Positions 40,613-57,965 of a DNA stretch of 64,000 nucleotides are shown in pieces; within the stretch, counting starts at the first letter, position 1; every line of letters begins with the position of its first letter. The DNA is taken from assembly GCF_009914755.1 (NCBI RefSeq), contig NC_060929.1. One strand, given 5' to 3'. The translations under genes and the position numbers were made by a program. Below the pieces are notes generated by a model. It saw only the letters and a list, made by a program, of their open reading frames with translations. It was not told where the DNA came from and did no database searches. This DNA comes from the human T2T-CHM13v2.0 reference genome, Homo sapiens.

Positions 40613-41454
40613 GTCATTAAATGTTTATCAAACACCTATATGACAGACTCTGAACTAGATACAAAGATTTTCAACATCTTATTTCCTGGTTTAGAAGTTC
40701 ATGGCCAAACCATAAAGGACACAGATAAATAAGAAACTCTGAACCAATATAACACACACACACACACAAAAGAAAACTAACAGAAAAACATAAGGAAATT
40801 TATAATTTCTCACGAAATGAAGTCCAGGATAACAAGTTTAAATGCTGGTTGAATCAGCAGTTACAAGATATTGCTCATTAGAAGGCCAACAGACTTCAAC
40901 ACTCATGCTTGGAAATAAACTTGACTGATGGGATGAGACAACAATTCTCCTAGGTGAAAGGAAAAGTGATGGTTGAGAGACAGGTCACAGATTGTAGCCA
41001 AATGGTCACAAGCAGCCAAAGACTTTGGGCATGAGTCACTGGTTTTCACAGAAAAGATAGATATGACTCTTTAATTCAAAAAGCCTGTTGGGGACCTCAG
41101 ATAAGAGAGTGGACACTGTCCAAGAGATCATTCAGGCAGATTTTGTAGAGCAGAAAGAATACAGGACTGGGAAAAGACTCATTTAGGTACATTAATGTGT
41201 AAGGGGCAAATCAATAGGCGATGGACGTGAAGTAAAAGGCTATTATGAGACAACTGGAGGTATAAAAGGTAAATCAGGAAGAAACACTGCCCTTGAAGGT
41301 AGAGAGCAATGCTTCAAAAAGGAAGAGGTGCTCAGCATTGTTTAAAAAATCATTTAGATAGTAAGAAGATGTAAATAAGTAAATAAACAAACAAACAAAC
41401 AAACAAACAAACCCCTGGATTTGTCAGAAGGCCATAGTTAAACTGTTTGAGAGG

Positions 41455-41710
41455 CCATAGGTCATAGCAGTGAGAGCAGGGCCTCTAGAGCTAGATTTCT
41501 TGAATTAAAATGCTGGCACCACTACTCGCTAACTGTGTGGCCTGAGGCAAATGATTTAATCTTTCTGTGTCTTGTGTTTAGCATCTATAAGAGACTCCAA
41601 TTCAAAAAGAAAAAAAGGTATAACATAGTACTTACTTCAAAGGATTATTGTGAAAAATAAGACAATATTAAAGCTCTTAAGACACTGATCGAAGACTTAG
41701 CAAGTGGTTG
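41455..41710 (+). mobile_element. MIR relic
   Basis: 'ctctagagctagatttcttgaattaaaatgctggcaccactactcgctaactgtgtggcctgaggcaaatgatttaatctttctgtgtct'. Confidence 0.7.
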
Positions 41711-41964
41711 TTAGGGTGGGATAATAGATACAGTACATATTTAATGTTGAATGATGGTAGCAGAAACCAATTGGCAGTGAGTTGAAAAGTGAGTAAGAGA
41801 TACAGAATAGGAGAACAGAAAACAGTGGAGCTTCAGGAAGTTTTTCAGCGAAGGGTAAGGAAGCAAAGACAGCAGTCTGACAAGACAGAGGCTTACAAGA
41901 AGTATGAGCTTTTGTTGTTTGTTTTTGTTTATTAAGGATGACAAAGATTTGGTCATTAAAAAAA

Positions 41965-42685
41965 GATCCTAGCCTTCCACCGGCTCACGCCCAAACCCCT
42001 GCTCATGGAAGAGGCCCCTGCTAGAACATGGACCCTTCCATGCCAATGTGACTGAGTTGCCCACCTGGACAGAGGGCTAAGATCATTGTGGGCTGCCTGG
42101 GCATGTGAGTGGGGATGTCAGGCAACGCCAGAGTTCTAGGGGGAAGACATGGATTACCAAGAGCATAACCCAGAGATTCACACGCACATGAGCTGAAGCT
42201 TCAAGCCTCTGGGCACAAGTCCCATCCTCCCATTGAATTTCTATGAAATAGTTTCAAAGATAAAAGTGTTAAGAATCTCAAGGCAGCCACCACAGAGCAT
42301 GGAACCCCAAATATTGGGCCTTTATGAATAGAGGGCCCTGTGCTACTGCTTTGGTGCCATGGCTGTGAAGCCTGCCTGCCCTGGCAGATAAGTATATTAA
42401 TTGCCCTCCTCCCTTTCTCTATTGGTGCCATAAATAATGTGGCAACCAGCTCTACACTGAGCCAGGAGTACCACAGTGTGCTTAGTAGGGGGCCTCTCAC
42501 TCACACCTGAACTGGGTACCAAGTGGGTCCTGTCATGGAGATTGCAAGACCTTGAAGGTTGCTTCTCATCCTTGGGTTGGGGCAATGGCTTCCTTGGAAT
42601 GGGAGATTGATTTTCATGCCCCCCAGCCGGGGGCCCAGATTTTTATTTTGAACTAGGCTACGAAAATTCTGTAACTGGCCCCATG
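41965..42685. mobile_element. GC-richer block of hAT-Tip100 (MER91/MER115/Zaphod-like) fragments
   Basis: MER91-type motifs 'ttaagaatctcaaggcagccaccacagagcat' and 'ggggcccagatttttattttgaactaggctacgaaaattctgtaactggccc'. Confidence 0.45.
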
Positions 42686-42834
42686 TTAAAGGCTGGGCAA
42701 GGGAAGTGAACTTTAGCTTTTCAAAACCATTGGAAAACCTCTGATGATGGAACAGAGGTGGCAAAGAAGCAAGCTCATATGTTCATGCCTAAGGCATGCA
42801 GGGGCATTTTGCCAGTGAGGTAGGGTTTTAATAT

Positions 42835-43227
42835 TCTAGTCTTAGTCCATTCGTGCTGCTATGACAACATACCTGAGACTAGGTATCTGATAAAGAACAG
42901 AAATTTATTTCTCACAGTTCTGGAGCCTTGGAGTCCAAGATCAAGGTCCTGGCAGGTTTGACATCTGGTGAGAGCCCAAGTCTCCATTTCCATGATGGTG
43001 CTTTGCTGAGGCATCATCCAGAGGGGAGAAATGTTATATCCTCACAGGGCAGAAGAGATGAAAGAGGCGAAAACAGGACCAAACTCCCTCTGTTAAGCCC
43101 TTTTTAAATGGTCTTAATGCATTAATGAGGCCAGACCCCTCATGACCTGAGCATCTCACAAAGTCCCCAGCTCCCAACACTATTGCATTGGAGATTACAA
43201 TTTGGTGGACACAATCAGACTATCACA
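42835..43227 (-). mobile_element. MST (C/D-like) MaLR solo LTR
   Basis: 'gtcttagtccattcgtgctgctatgacaacatacctgagactagg...aaatttatttctcacagttctggag...ggacacaatcagactatcaca'. Confidence 0.8.
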
Positions 43228-43234
43228 ATTCTTT

Positions 43235-46533
<3,299 letters not shown>

Positions 46534-47354
46534 ACAATTCTTTCACTTAAAAAAAAATGAAGACACAACAAATATGACATAATGAGACCAATCATGAATT
46601 ACGGTTGGTGATAGGTGGAGTTTTGCTAAGTTAGTCTCTGTAGTTTTCAGTTTTCTTTTTATCTCTCAAAATGCTGAATTGAAAGAGTAATAGGACATGG
46701 AAGCATTTATTTAATAAATAATTTCAACTAAATCTCTTAGGAGCTTGCAGTGTATGTATTCATCATATTGACTTTTGGCTTTGCATGATATGGGCACGCC
46801 TCTACCTCATTGTTTTTTTCAGTGTCTTACCGTAGCTAATGCATTGCCAAAGAACCTTTCCAATGTATCAGCTTTCATTCACCCATTCATTCATTCCAGA
46901 AATTATTGAGTTTCTGTATATGCAGATATCATGAATAAAGAGATTTTTTTCAAAACCAAGATTATTGTTTCTAAATGCCTGAAAATATGTAAACTAATGC
47001 TTACAAAATAATATGATAGCAGCAGAAAATTCCAGTATGCCATGAAATTAGAGAGGAGTATTCCTAACCCACACGAGAGATTACCAAAATTGGTCCTGGA
47101 AAAGACAGTGATTAATGGAGCTCTTAGACTTCACAGGATGAAATAGCAAATAGTTGTGCATAGAGAAGAAGGAAGGACATTTCCAGTAGAAGGAACTATA
47201 TGTGCAAAATTAAGTGGCGTGTTCAGAATGTTGCAAAATGTCTGGATTACAGGAAGGGTAAGTTCCATGCCGCAGAACAGTCGCAGGTAAGTTCAGAAAG
47301 GGAGGAAGGCAGCAGAATACGAGAGGCTTTATCTATCCTTCATGTATATATATA

Positions 47355-47668
47355 AAGACTTTATTTTTTAGAGCAGTTTAAGCTTCACAGCCAAACCAAG
47401 AGAAGGATATGGAAGATTTCCCATCTACCCCCTGTTCCACATATGCATAGCCTCCTTCACTATCAACATTCAACACCAGATTGATACATTTGTTACAACT
47501 GATGAACCTACATTGACACATCCTTATCACCCAAAGTCCGTAGCTTAAATAAGGGTTCCCTCTTGGTGTTGCACATTCTTTGGGTTTGGACAAATGTATT
47601 ATGACATATACAAGTCATTATAATATTATACAGAGTATTTCACTGCCCTAAAAACCCTCTGTGCCGTC
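47355..47668 (-). mobile_element. L1MB/L1MC-type 3'UTR fragment
   Basis: 'ttttttagagcagtttaagcttcacagc...tacatttgttacaactgatgaacctacattgacacat...tgggtttggacaaatgtat...tttcactgccctaaaaa'. Confidence 0.8.
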
Positions 47669-48778
47669 CTGAATATTTTCATAAGTCCTTTTCAATCTCC
47701 TTGGCACATAAAGCCTGTCATCACATGCTGGCAGAAAAATTATAAATGGAAATATTTTTCTGGGTAATATATAGGCGGATATAATGAATTCACCAAACAA
47801 CATTCATGCACACTTTATTCACAAAATGGAGGAAGTCTTACTGGACCTTATATAAATCTAAAATTTTCCACAGTTTGAATAGGAAAGAATCAAAGTTACT
47901 CACCTCTATCTGGATTGGGTCAGCAATCTGGATGAAATACTTTTTATTAAACTTCTCCCATACCAGCCTATCTTCTCATGATGAAATGCTCCCTCAATTT
48001 GTTCTGAGTTACTGGGAAGGGCACTTCTCCCATACACAGAATGAATCTGGGAAATCAATCTTCAACGTATTTTGCCCTTGAGCTACCCACATAATGTGTA
48101 TATATTTATAAAACAGTATTAGAGTTTTTCTTCAATTGTTTATACCCACGGGATACACCCAGTGTTATGGCGATCATACATATTCTTAATAATTTCCTGA
48201 ATAATTGCCTTCTACTTTGATTGTTTGCAAATTTGGATTGTGCTGTTCAAATATCCTTGAAGCAAGGGGATAAGCTTATGTATCTTACAAACACACTTAC
48301 ACAAAAATATTTGAATATACAGATTCGTATCCATAGTGTCGATTCAAATTCAAGATATGCCAGAGTGAGAGCTTGTTTTGAGAATTAGAAGCTGTGATTA
48401 TCAAACATAGCATACACAACTTTTAAAAGAAACAATCACTTGATCCTTAAGCAGTAACTACTTCTATTTGTCCAAATATGATAGGATGGTTTTTAGCTCT
48501 CAAAACATACTCTTTGAAAGAAAGGAAACAAATTTCTGTAATGATCTTAAGGAAGCATATTTGTGAGAACAATTGCTTTGTCTTCTCAACACACTATTAC
48601 TGAAAACCTAAAAAAGCTTGATTCTGTCTCTCCTAATAGTCCTTTTAGACATATACTTTACCAAATAGCAGTAGCTTCAAATGCTGTCTTCAGGACTGTC
48701 AAAAGAAAAAAAGATAGCATTAAGCGTTTATGCATAAAAATGATGGTGTATGTTTCTTTCGTTCTTAAAAATAAATTT

Positions 48779-49072
48779 GGCTGGGCACGGTGGCTCACGC
48801 CTTTAATCCCAGCACTTTGAGAGGCCGAAGTCAGCAGATCATGAGGTCAAGAGATCAAGATCATCCTGGCCAATATGTTGAAACCCTGTCTCTGCTAAAA
48901 ATACAAAAATTAGCTGAGCATGGTGGCGCATGCCTATAGTCCCAGCTACTCGGGAGGCTGAGGCAGGAGAATCCCTGAACTTGGGAGGCAGAGGTTGCAG
49001 TGAGCCAAGATTGTGCCATTGCACTCCAGCCTAGTAACAGAGCGAGACTACGTCTTAAAAAAAAAAAAAAAA
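48779..49072 (+). mobile_element. AluSc-like element
   Basis: 'gatcatgaggtcaagagatcaagatcatcctggccaa', full dimer with poly-A. Confidence 0.93.
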
Positions 49073-49858
49073 GTTAAATTCTTTGGCAGTTCTGCTTGCT
49101 ATACCATGCAGAAACATAACTCTTTGGTCCCATGTCACTGGCCAAAGTAAACCACAGTCCATTCAGCCACCAACAGAGTAGGGAAGCACAAATCTACCAT
49201 GTGCTGTAATGACAACTCGAATCCCCTTTTAGATTAACTGTGAGTCCAATAAGGGGAAAATAACTGTTAGGTATTATGAGCACATACATCCCTATTAAGT
49301 AGAAGTGGCTTAATATTTAGGGAAAAATTTGCTACCTATTCTTATAAGAATTACAAAGTTCCTCATAGATGAATAAGGCTAAAATTCAGATTTATAATTC
49401 CAAGGGAATCGTAAATGAACTGAGGCTAAATACCCAGTTCCTTTCCTCTATTTTCCAGGAATTCAGGAAACTTAGGAAGGACAAGATGCCACAGCACATC
49501 AGTTTGATAATAAGGCTTGGAGAGATGTGATTTTCAAAGCTTGAACCTATCAAACTGATTCTAGTGTTTGCCACCTCCAGTCTCACATATAATTTTTCAA
49601 CCAGGACAGGATGACAAAAAAACACAGAAATGTGTCTGAGGTGTTAATATAGAATGCAGGTTCAGATTGCAGGTGGGCTTTGTTTTAGAAGCAATGAGAT
49701 TGCCACACACAGAAAGACATTTAAAACATTACCTTAAGCTAAACAAACACCACATTTTCAAGGTGCCTCATCATTAACCTTGGAATGTTGATATGCCCAG
49801 GGACAGAAAACAACACAATGACAGGCTATAGAAAAGGCAAAGAATATTTGTAGAGGAT

Positions 49859-49859
<1 letters not shown>

Positions 49860-49893
<34 letters not shown>
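49860..49893 (+). repeat. (TG)n microsatellite
   Basis: Uninterrupted TG run of about 17 units. Confidence 0.95.
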
Positions 49894-49894
<1 letters not shown>

Positions 49895-51779
49895 ATGGAG
49901 AGGGAGAGGAAGACAAGAGACAGAGAATAGCATGACAAAATGGAAATGCATGTTTAATCTCAGATTTTCTATAGCATATGGCGTTCTTAGTAATACGATT
50001 TGAATGGGTAGGAAGATGCATTTTCATATCACTTTATACTAATTATCCAAATCAAAGAACAGAGGTAGGTGGACATAATGGGGGAGATATAGCCGCCCAC
50101 TTAGTCCCCACCTAAACACCAACACTGGTGGTGATTCTATAGTTTCTATTTCCTATCCCAAACAGCAAGGTTGTTATTGTTATGGTAGTCCAGATATTGC
50201 TCCAGTTTTGTTCTAAAATGCTCAACATCTGGGTCTTTTTAATTTCAAGACTATTTTGCATTATTTAGAGGTCGTAAAGTAGCTGAGTGCTATCTTTTCA
50301 CATGAAAACTAGTAGCATGTTTGTTCCCACATGCAATATCGCCAGCAGGTCAGGCAAGTCAAATACCATTGCAGTCTGACCGTGCTGTCCTGCTGTATAT
50401 TACATCAACAATTTGTATATAACAAAAACAGATTTCCTAGCCTTGGCTGATAGCCCATTTACTCCAAGTAATAGTTGATAAAACACAATTGAAAGACAGC
50501 AAGAGAATTTGGACAGTCCCTTGGAGTTTGCTAAAATGGATATGGCCTGTGGCTCTGCTCCTGATAGCCAGCTGTCTTTTCACTACTACATTTCTTCTTC
50601 GTAAATGTTATTTATAGCTTTAAAATGTTTTCAAGGATAAAGTGGTAGCACACACAAGGCATTTTCTGTGCTTTGCCGATGATGGAAGCACTCAGAGAAA
50701 TAACTGTTGTAGTAAGATAATCACTTTTTCATCCTTATGGAAGCCCATTGTGAATGAGTGAGCTGCCACTTCTTCCTGGCTATTAAACATTGCTGACAAT
50801 GCCTTTTCCTACTATTCTTTTAAAGAGGACCTCAAATTAAACCTATTACACCTTAGATCCCAATTACATGGAAATCCACAACCTTTCCGAAATGTGTCTA
50901 AGCGCTAACATAAAGACCCACTCCATTCAATATTCCTACTAACTGGTTTAGGGTCTTGACCTTGCCTAGTAAGAAGATTATAGAAATGCCTGAAGGACAA
51001 TTTTGGGTATAAAACCAAATGTCCCCCTGTGCATTACAATCGCCCAAAAAAAAAAAAAAACTTTCATCTTTTTATTAATTGTATAATTAATGCATTCTGT
51101 GTACTGATAAGAATAATGCCATGTAATTAATTTTTAAGAATTAAAAACTTGCCTTTATCCAGACTCATGGTCTACTTTCATGTTTATAGCTATGAATATA
51201 AATCCTCTTATCTAATTATAACATGACTGGTTTCATTGTTGAAACAAAGTGGTTCTTTGTCATTTTTTATTTGATTATGTAATATTTATTTTATTATATT
51301 AATTATAATCTTTCCAGAAAAAAAAATAAGACCCTAGGACTTAAAATTTTAAGTCTTCCAAAGCTTATCAGAAAAATGCCATGCTGCTTTGGATAAGGTA
51401 TGATATGTCATTTGTTTTCTGTGTCTGTTTTTGTCTTCCATGATTACCCATTCTGTTTACCAAAAGGCTCAATTAGCATTTGAATAGTGAGCCAGAGAGC
51501 AGACAGGTTGAGAATTCTTATAGAACTAATTTGGCAGTCCTTCTCATTTTCCCCCTTCTCCCTTCATAGGCTTTTCTTTGCCTCTAATCAAGCTGCAGTT
51601 ATTAAAGCTAGAATAAAAGACCTGATTTTCCATTACATTGATGCATGCTGAACAGAGCCTTGATTTGCTTTTTCTTTCAGCAATGCTAATTGGACTCAAA
51701 GGAAATATTTAGTTTATAATAGCAAATGAAGAATTCATTTAATTTTAAGGAAAGGGAAAATCAGCAATGGAACTAGCCT

Positions 51780-51827
51780 ACACACACACACACACACACA
51801 CACAGACACACACACACACACACACAC
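51780..51827 (+). repeat. (CA)n microsatellite with one interruption
   Basis: Seen directly. Confidence 0.95.
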
Positions 51828-53249
51828 GCGTATATATGTTTTTCCCAACTGTTTCTTTCCTTTAAGAGTATTTATCTTAATGCTTCTCACACATAACAGA
51901 GTTATTTAATTACCAATGCTAAAAACCTTAGGCTGGAGAAGTTTACAGCTGACAGAAAAATTTCTAATCCTTGCTTGGAAGAAAAAAAAAAGTAATATAT
52001 TGGGAAATCTCACTTCAAATATACCTGATCAATATATAAGAAAGAATTAATGTAAGCACAACTGTTTTCAAGTACTATTTGCACTTCAGATCATTGGATA
52101 TCTTCCAGACTAAGTTTTCCTCACCAATCACTATTTTTATCAGATAATGGGCTGGTATTTTTCCCTGGACCATGCTGTTGAATTAGAATGAGTGCAGGAC
52201 TTTACACATGAAGCATGGTTAATATTAACATTCAAATGTCATATCATGTGCTGGTACTCATCACCAGAAAGACTTTAAAGCTTCATGCTGAGGAGGGAGT
52301 TCTTTATTTAAAAGTGGTAATCAACAAATTTTAACAGAGTTGCAGCTCAAAAGAAAAAAAGGAAATTGTCAAAGGAGTAGAGGAAAATTTTGATATGCCA
52401 ACTTATATATAATGTGCTATTATATCCTACATGAAGATTCAAAGCAATTTCCTTCAGAGAAATGTTTTTCCCTATGTCAATGGTGCAAACCTTTCAGGAG
52501 TATTGAAGCATTATAAAGGTGTTTTTATTTGCATTTGATGCCTCCTTTCCAACTCCTTGCCAACTATTTAAAAGGGGCAATAGAAGGTTTTATTTGAACA
52601 TTTATGATTTAAAATTCATCCACTTTTTGAAATGAAGCATTTCACTCACTCCAGTCATATCAAAGTGCTTTTATTTCCGAGAAAGCATCATGGTCTTGAC
52701 TCTGGGCCTTTGAATGCACTTTTCTATGCTCTTGGAATCCTTCCTTTCTGCGCTATGCTTGGCTTCCTTCTATTCAGTCTTCAAGACTCTGCTTAAATAT
52801 TACTTCCTCTACAAGTCTTCCCTGATTCCTTCTGCCAAATTCCATTAAAATATCACACAATATCATCCCTACTATATATAACTATAGGTTCCTTAACACA
52901 TGCAGTCTAGTGCTTCCTCTACTCTGTGGTTACACTTTTACTTGTAGAATCTCTAGCTACAGCCCCTGGGATCTGGTTGGAGCCTGTCTTACTCATCCTT
53001 GTACTATCAAGTATGTGTAGAATAAATTGATTTGCAGCAACCTAATTCAAGACCTAGTCCAATTAGAAAAGGTCAAAAATAGAGGAAGAGAACTTTTACT
53101 CCATGTATTGATTTACTTTAAAAAACGATTCAGGTTTTGATAATTCATAAGGTAAAATCATCTTAGGATTTTAAATCATATATTTGGCAAATGACAGTTA
53201 AAAAAATTAGTTGCCATTATTTATTATGTATCTAATATTGGCATATATT

Positions 53250-54460
53250 TTAATCCTTAGATCTCTCTTCTTTTTATATATAGTTGCTGGAAATGATCTT
53301 AATCACATTAATAACCCCCATGTTAGTAACTCCAATCTAGACCTTTCTTCTGAACCCCAGATTCCTTTTCCCAGCTGCCTATGTACATATTTAACATGGC
53401 CCAACTCTTCCTTACAAAAAACTGGTCCCCTTCCCATGTCCCTTTTTCAGTCAATACTGCTCATATCCAGTCCTATGGATTTCACCCTCAACATGTTTTC
53501 TGGTCCAAACTACTCACTTGACCTACTCCAGCGGCCCCTCAAATTGGTTTACTTAAGTTTATTTTTGCCCTGCTCCAACTCAATTGCAACAAGAATGAAC
53601 TCTCCACTGCCAAATCTGAGCATTTTATCTTGTCGCTTAAGAAGCTTTAGTGCCATCCTATTGTTCTTAGGTTAAAAATAAAATTTTGAGACCAGCCTGG
53701 CCAACATAGTGAAACCCTGTCTCTACTAAAAATATAAAAAATTAGCTGGGCGTGGTGGCAGGTACCTGTAATCCCAGCTACTTGGGAGGCTCAGGCAGGA
53801 GAATCGCTTGAAGCTGGGTGGCAGAGGTTGCAGTGAGCCGAGATCGTGCCACTGCACTCTAGCCCAGGGAACAGTGCAAGACTCCATCTCAAATAAAATA
53901 AAATACAATAAAAAATAAATAAAACTCATTAAATAATAAATAAATTAATTATAATAATTAAATAATAAATAAAACTCATTAAATAAATAAATAAAACTCA
54001 CCTGCATGACTCCACGCATGAGGCTCTTCTCTACCTCTTGAGCCTCATGTTATACCACACTCCCATTGTTTTTCCCTCTCTAGTTATACTTTTAAAAGTC
54101 CTTCTCATGTGCCATAAGTTCTCTTTTGCCTATGCATTCTGTTCCACCCATAGCAGGATTCCTTCACCCTCTTATCCTGGTTAATTCTTTTTGTCTTTCA
54201 AGTTTATTGTCAATTTTTACTTTCTTAAGGAAACTTAGTCTGCTATTTCTGGGTAGGTCAATATGACTCCTAGAACACAATTAATTCTCTTGTGCTATTC
54301 CTTGTCATGCCCAGAGTGCTACATTTGCATGATTATTTTATTAACTGTTTCCTTGACTAAGTGTGGCTCCACAAGAGCAAGGCCCAGGTCCAGAACAGTA
54401 TTGGCACGTAGTAATCATACGATCCATGTTTGTAGAAGGAAAAATAAATACATGAATATA
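53250..54460 (+). mobile_element. L2 3' region relic interrupted by an Alu
   Basis: 'actccaatctagacctttcttctgaaccccagatt...' through 'ttccttgactaagtgtggctccacaagagcaagg...gaacagtattggcacgtagt'. Confidence 0.6.
53685..53913 (+). mobile_element. 5'-truncated AluS
   Basis: Begins at 'tttgagaccagcctggccaac' (the start of the left monomer is missing); A-rich tail. Confidence 0.92.
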
Positions 54461-55139
54461 TGCCAAGTACTGTGCTAAGAGTTTTAGCTGTTCAATAAAT
54501 ATTTGTCAAATAAATGAGCTGTTCAGTAAGCTGGGTGTTTGGTGACATGGAAAACAAGTAGGTATTGGACATTTTTTTTCTGTCTTAGAAAATCTATTAG
54601 CATAATTTCTACGCAACTATTCTGGATAAATCATTATTATGATGATGCCTGAAAAACACTCAATATTATCATTGTATGAAATAAAAGCAGACATTTGTGT
54701 GCCCTTCAAAAGTATGAATGCATTTCTGTTGGAAGAAAGAGACTAGTACTTGAAGAAGTGAATGAAAAGAGGATAAGTAAATTAATATTTATTGTGTCCC
54801 CTTTTCTGCCCTTTGCCTCCACACATACTCTGATAATTCCGAAGACATCATTATGAATTCGGTTTTGTAAATAAAGAAACAAATTCCCAAAAGGAGTAAA
54901 TAGCCTACATTGCACCACCAATGTGTGGTAATGCTAGAATGCCACTAATAACACTCAGTCTCCATACAACTTTTCTTTCTGTCACACACAGGTACAATTT
55001 GAACTGTACAATGCTAATGCAGTTATCCAAACAAAATCATTTGATCGTTAGCGGTCAAATGTGTCAGCCAGTTTGTAAGTCAGCTTATTGGTGTAGCCAC
55101 TTTTTTAGTTCTGTTTCAACTCCATTAATAAATAGTATA

Positions 55140-55467
<328 letters not shown>

Positions 55468-55631
55468 CAGTATGTAAGCCCTTGCTGGGAGCATATTTGT
55501 ATTTATTTTCCTAAGTACTTACTTTCTCATGTTTTACATCTTTAAGACCATCACAATTTTACTAATTTGCCTCTCTTTATTGTTTCAATTAAAACCAGTA
55601 AAAATAATCTTCATTTACCTTTACTTTTGCC

Positions 55632-56089
55632 TATAATGGGTTGAACAGTGTCCCCCCAAAATTCATGTCCAGTTAGAGCCTCAGAATATGACCTTTTTTT
55701 GGAAATAAGGTCTCTGCAGATGTCGTTAGTTAAGGATTGAGATGATATCATCATGGATTTCGGGTGGGCCTTAAAACCAGTGATTGGTGTCTATATAAAA
55801 AGAGGAGAAGGACATCGTGACATAGAAAAGAGGGTGATGTGACGATGGGGTCAGAGATTGGAGCAATGCACCTAAAAGCCAATGAATGACAAGGATCACC
55901 AGCTACCAATACAAGCTAGAGAGTAGCAAGGAAGGATTCCTCCCTAGAGCGTTTGGCAGAACATGGTTCTGCTGACTACAACTTGGTTTTGGACCTCTAA
56001 CCCACAAACTACGAGAAAATAAATGTCTGTTATTTCAAGCCACTCAGTTTGTTAGTAATGGGTTACGGCAGCCCTCGCAAACTAATACA
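55632..56089 (+). mobile_element. MLT1B/C solo LTR
   Basis: 'atgggttgaacagtgtccccccaaaattcatgtcc...gaatatgacc...ggaaataaggtctctgcagatgt...gttacggcagccctcgcaaactaataca'. Confidence 0.85.
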
Positions 56090-56355
56090 GTGTCCTGAAT
56101 TATAATAAATCATTTCAGTTTAGAGGGAGTTTGCTTGACAGATGCCTTTTAGATACAATTGTCCTGTGGGCTGTCACCCCTGCTACCATTTCCAAAGGAT
56201 ACTGGGAGTCCACTCATGAATAATGTCTTAGTAGCTTTAAAAGAAGATGGGCAGGTTTCTTGGTGTCCAAGTAATTTTAAATAATGATGGATCTAGGAGA
56301 TATAAGTTCAGTTCACTGTGCCTACACCTAGTCATCTATTTTAAGTAAGAACCTA

Positions 56356-56712
<357 letters not shown>

Positions 56713-57569
56713 TTAGTTGCTTATGGGAGGTAGGAGGACACGTTATTATGGAAGAGTTGATGTGTACACATTCACCTACTCTGCCACTTGTCAGTTACAT
56801 CTTTGCCAACTGAAACTGTTTAAAAAAATGCTTGTATCAACAATTAAATAAACCACCTCTGATATTTAGAAAACTTTCCTTAGCTTCCTACTTGACACTT
56901 TGCACATTTTCTCCCACAAAGCAAGTTTCTCCTCTTAATTAACCAAAGGCAAGAATGATTTCTTTCAAAACTCAAACCTATACATTTAGAAAGAAAAACA
57001 CCAACCCGAGGGTAAATTCATTCACATCGGTGTGTAAAACAGACCACTTCTGTTCAAAGCCCAGGAAGTGCTGATCACGCTCCTGGCCTCAATAGAAGAT
57101 ACAGATCATTAAAGCTCAACCCAGTGTCTGTAGCTAGGTTGTTTATTACAAAAGTAAGAATCACTAACATGTCCTCTTTGCTAGAACCATAAATCTGAAA
57201 CTTCTCTTTATTAAAACTGAGATTTGACAACTGCAATACCATAGCTCCCCCTGCTGTTCTGATGCATATTGTCAGCTGCCTTTGGCAAAATCATTTTATG
57301 CCTTTCCCTTCCATTCGGCCCTCCTCTGAGCTGTTTCTGATATCTAAGTTTCCGTTTGCTTCTTAATTCTTCATCTCACCTCCCTGTGCTATTTAGCAAC
57401 CCAATGGCAATTTGGAAATCGATTTTTTATGATCCTCATGTTAATATCATCTTTCACAGGCAGTGTTGGAATGATTCTACTTTTATTTAAGATCATTTCA
57501 ACTGCTCTGCTAGAGCAGCTTGGAGCCTCGGAAATGGAGTTTCTACTTGCATGGACCCCTCATACATAC

Positions 57570-57602
57570 CTCCCTGCACACACATACAGTAGTTTAAACA
57601 AA
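57570..57602 (-). other. Candidate 33-nt frame-preserving cassette exon (phase 1: xCLNYCMCVQGx)
   Basis: Acceptor 'gtttcttttgtttccag|', donor GAG|GTATGT; length is a multiple of 3; open in phases 1 and 2. Confidence 0.4.
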
Positions 57603-57877
57603 CTGGAAACAAAAGAAACGTACATAACAGCCAAAAATGTTGCTAAGAACTTTATAAAGCAACGACAGAGCAGCATCAAAGCATCTGCAAATGCTTTCTC
57701 TTTCCAAATTAATACTCTATCAGTATAAAGGAGGCCACTCACCACTGGCTATATTTTCATTTTTATAAAGTATTTTTATGACTGTTTAGGGAAAGCCTGT
57801 ATACAGCCATTCCCTCCATTTTGTGTGTGTAGTTTTCTTGCTCTGAGCCAACATTCCATCACCTTGGCCAAAGTAAC

Positions 57878-57908
<31 letters not shown>

Positions 57909-57965
57909 TATATATGTATAATTTATAAACGTATTTAATTTTTATATGTATTTAATTTATATATT
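57878..57965 (+). repeat. (TA)n(CA)n compound microsatellite and AT-rich low-complexity tract
   Basis: Seen directly. Confidence 0.9.

Noticed and set aside
53211-53675. 154-aa plus-strand ORF
   Set aside because: It starts at a non-ATG codon, lies over pyrimidine-rich L2 relic sequence and has Leu/Ser/Pro-biased composition with no recognisable domain.
57730-57790. Consensus minus-strand donor GTG|GTGAGT near 57740
   Set aside because: The upstream sequence is A-rich with no good acceptor or open exon that I could define.
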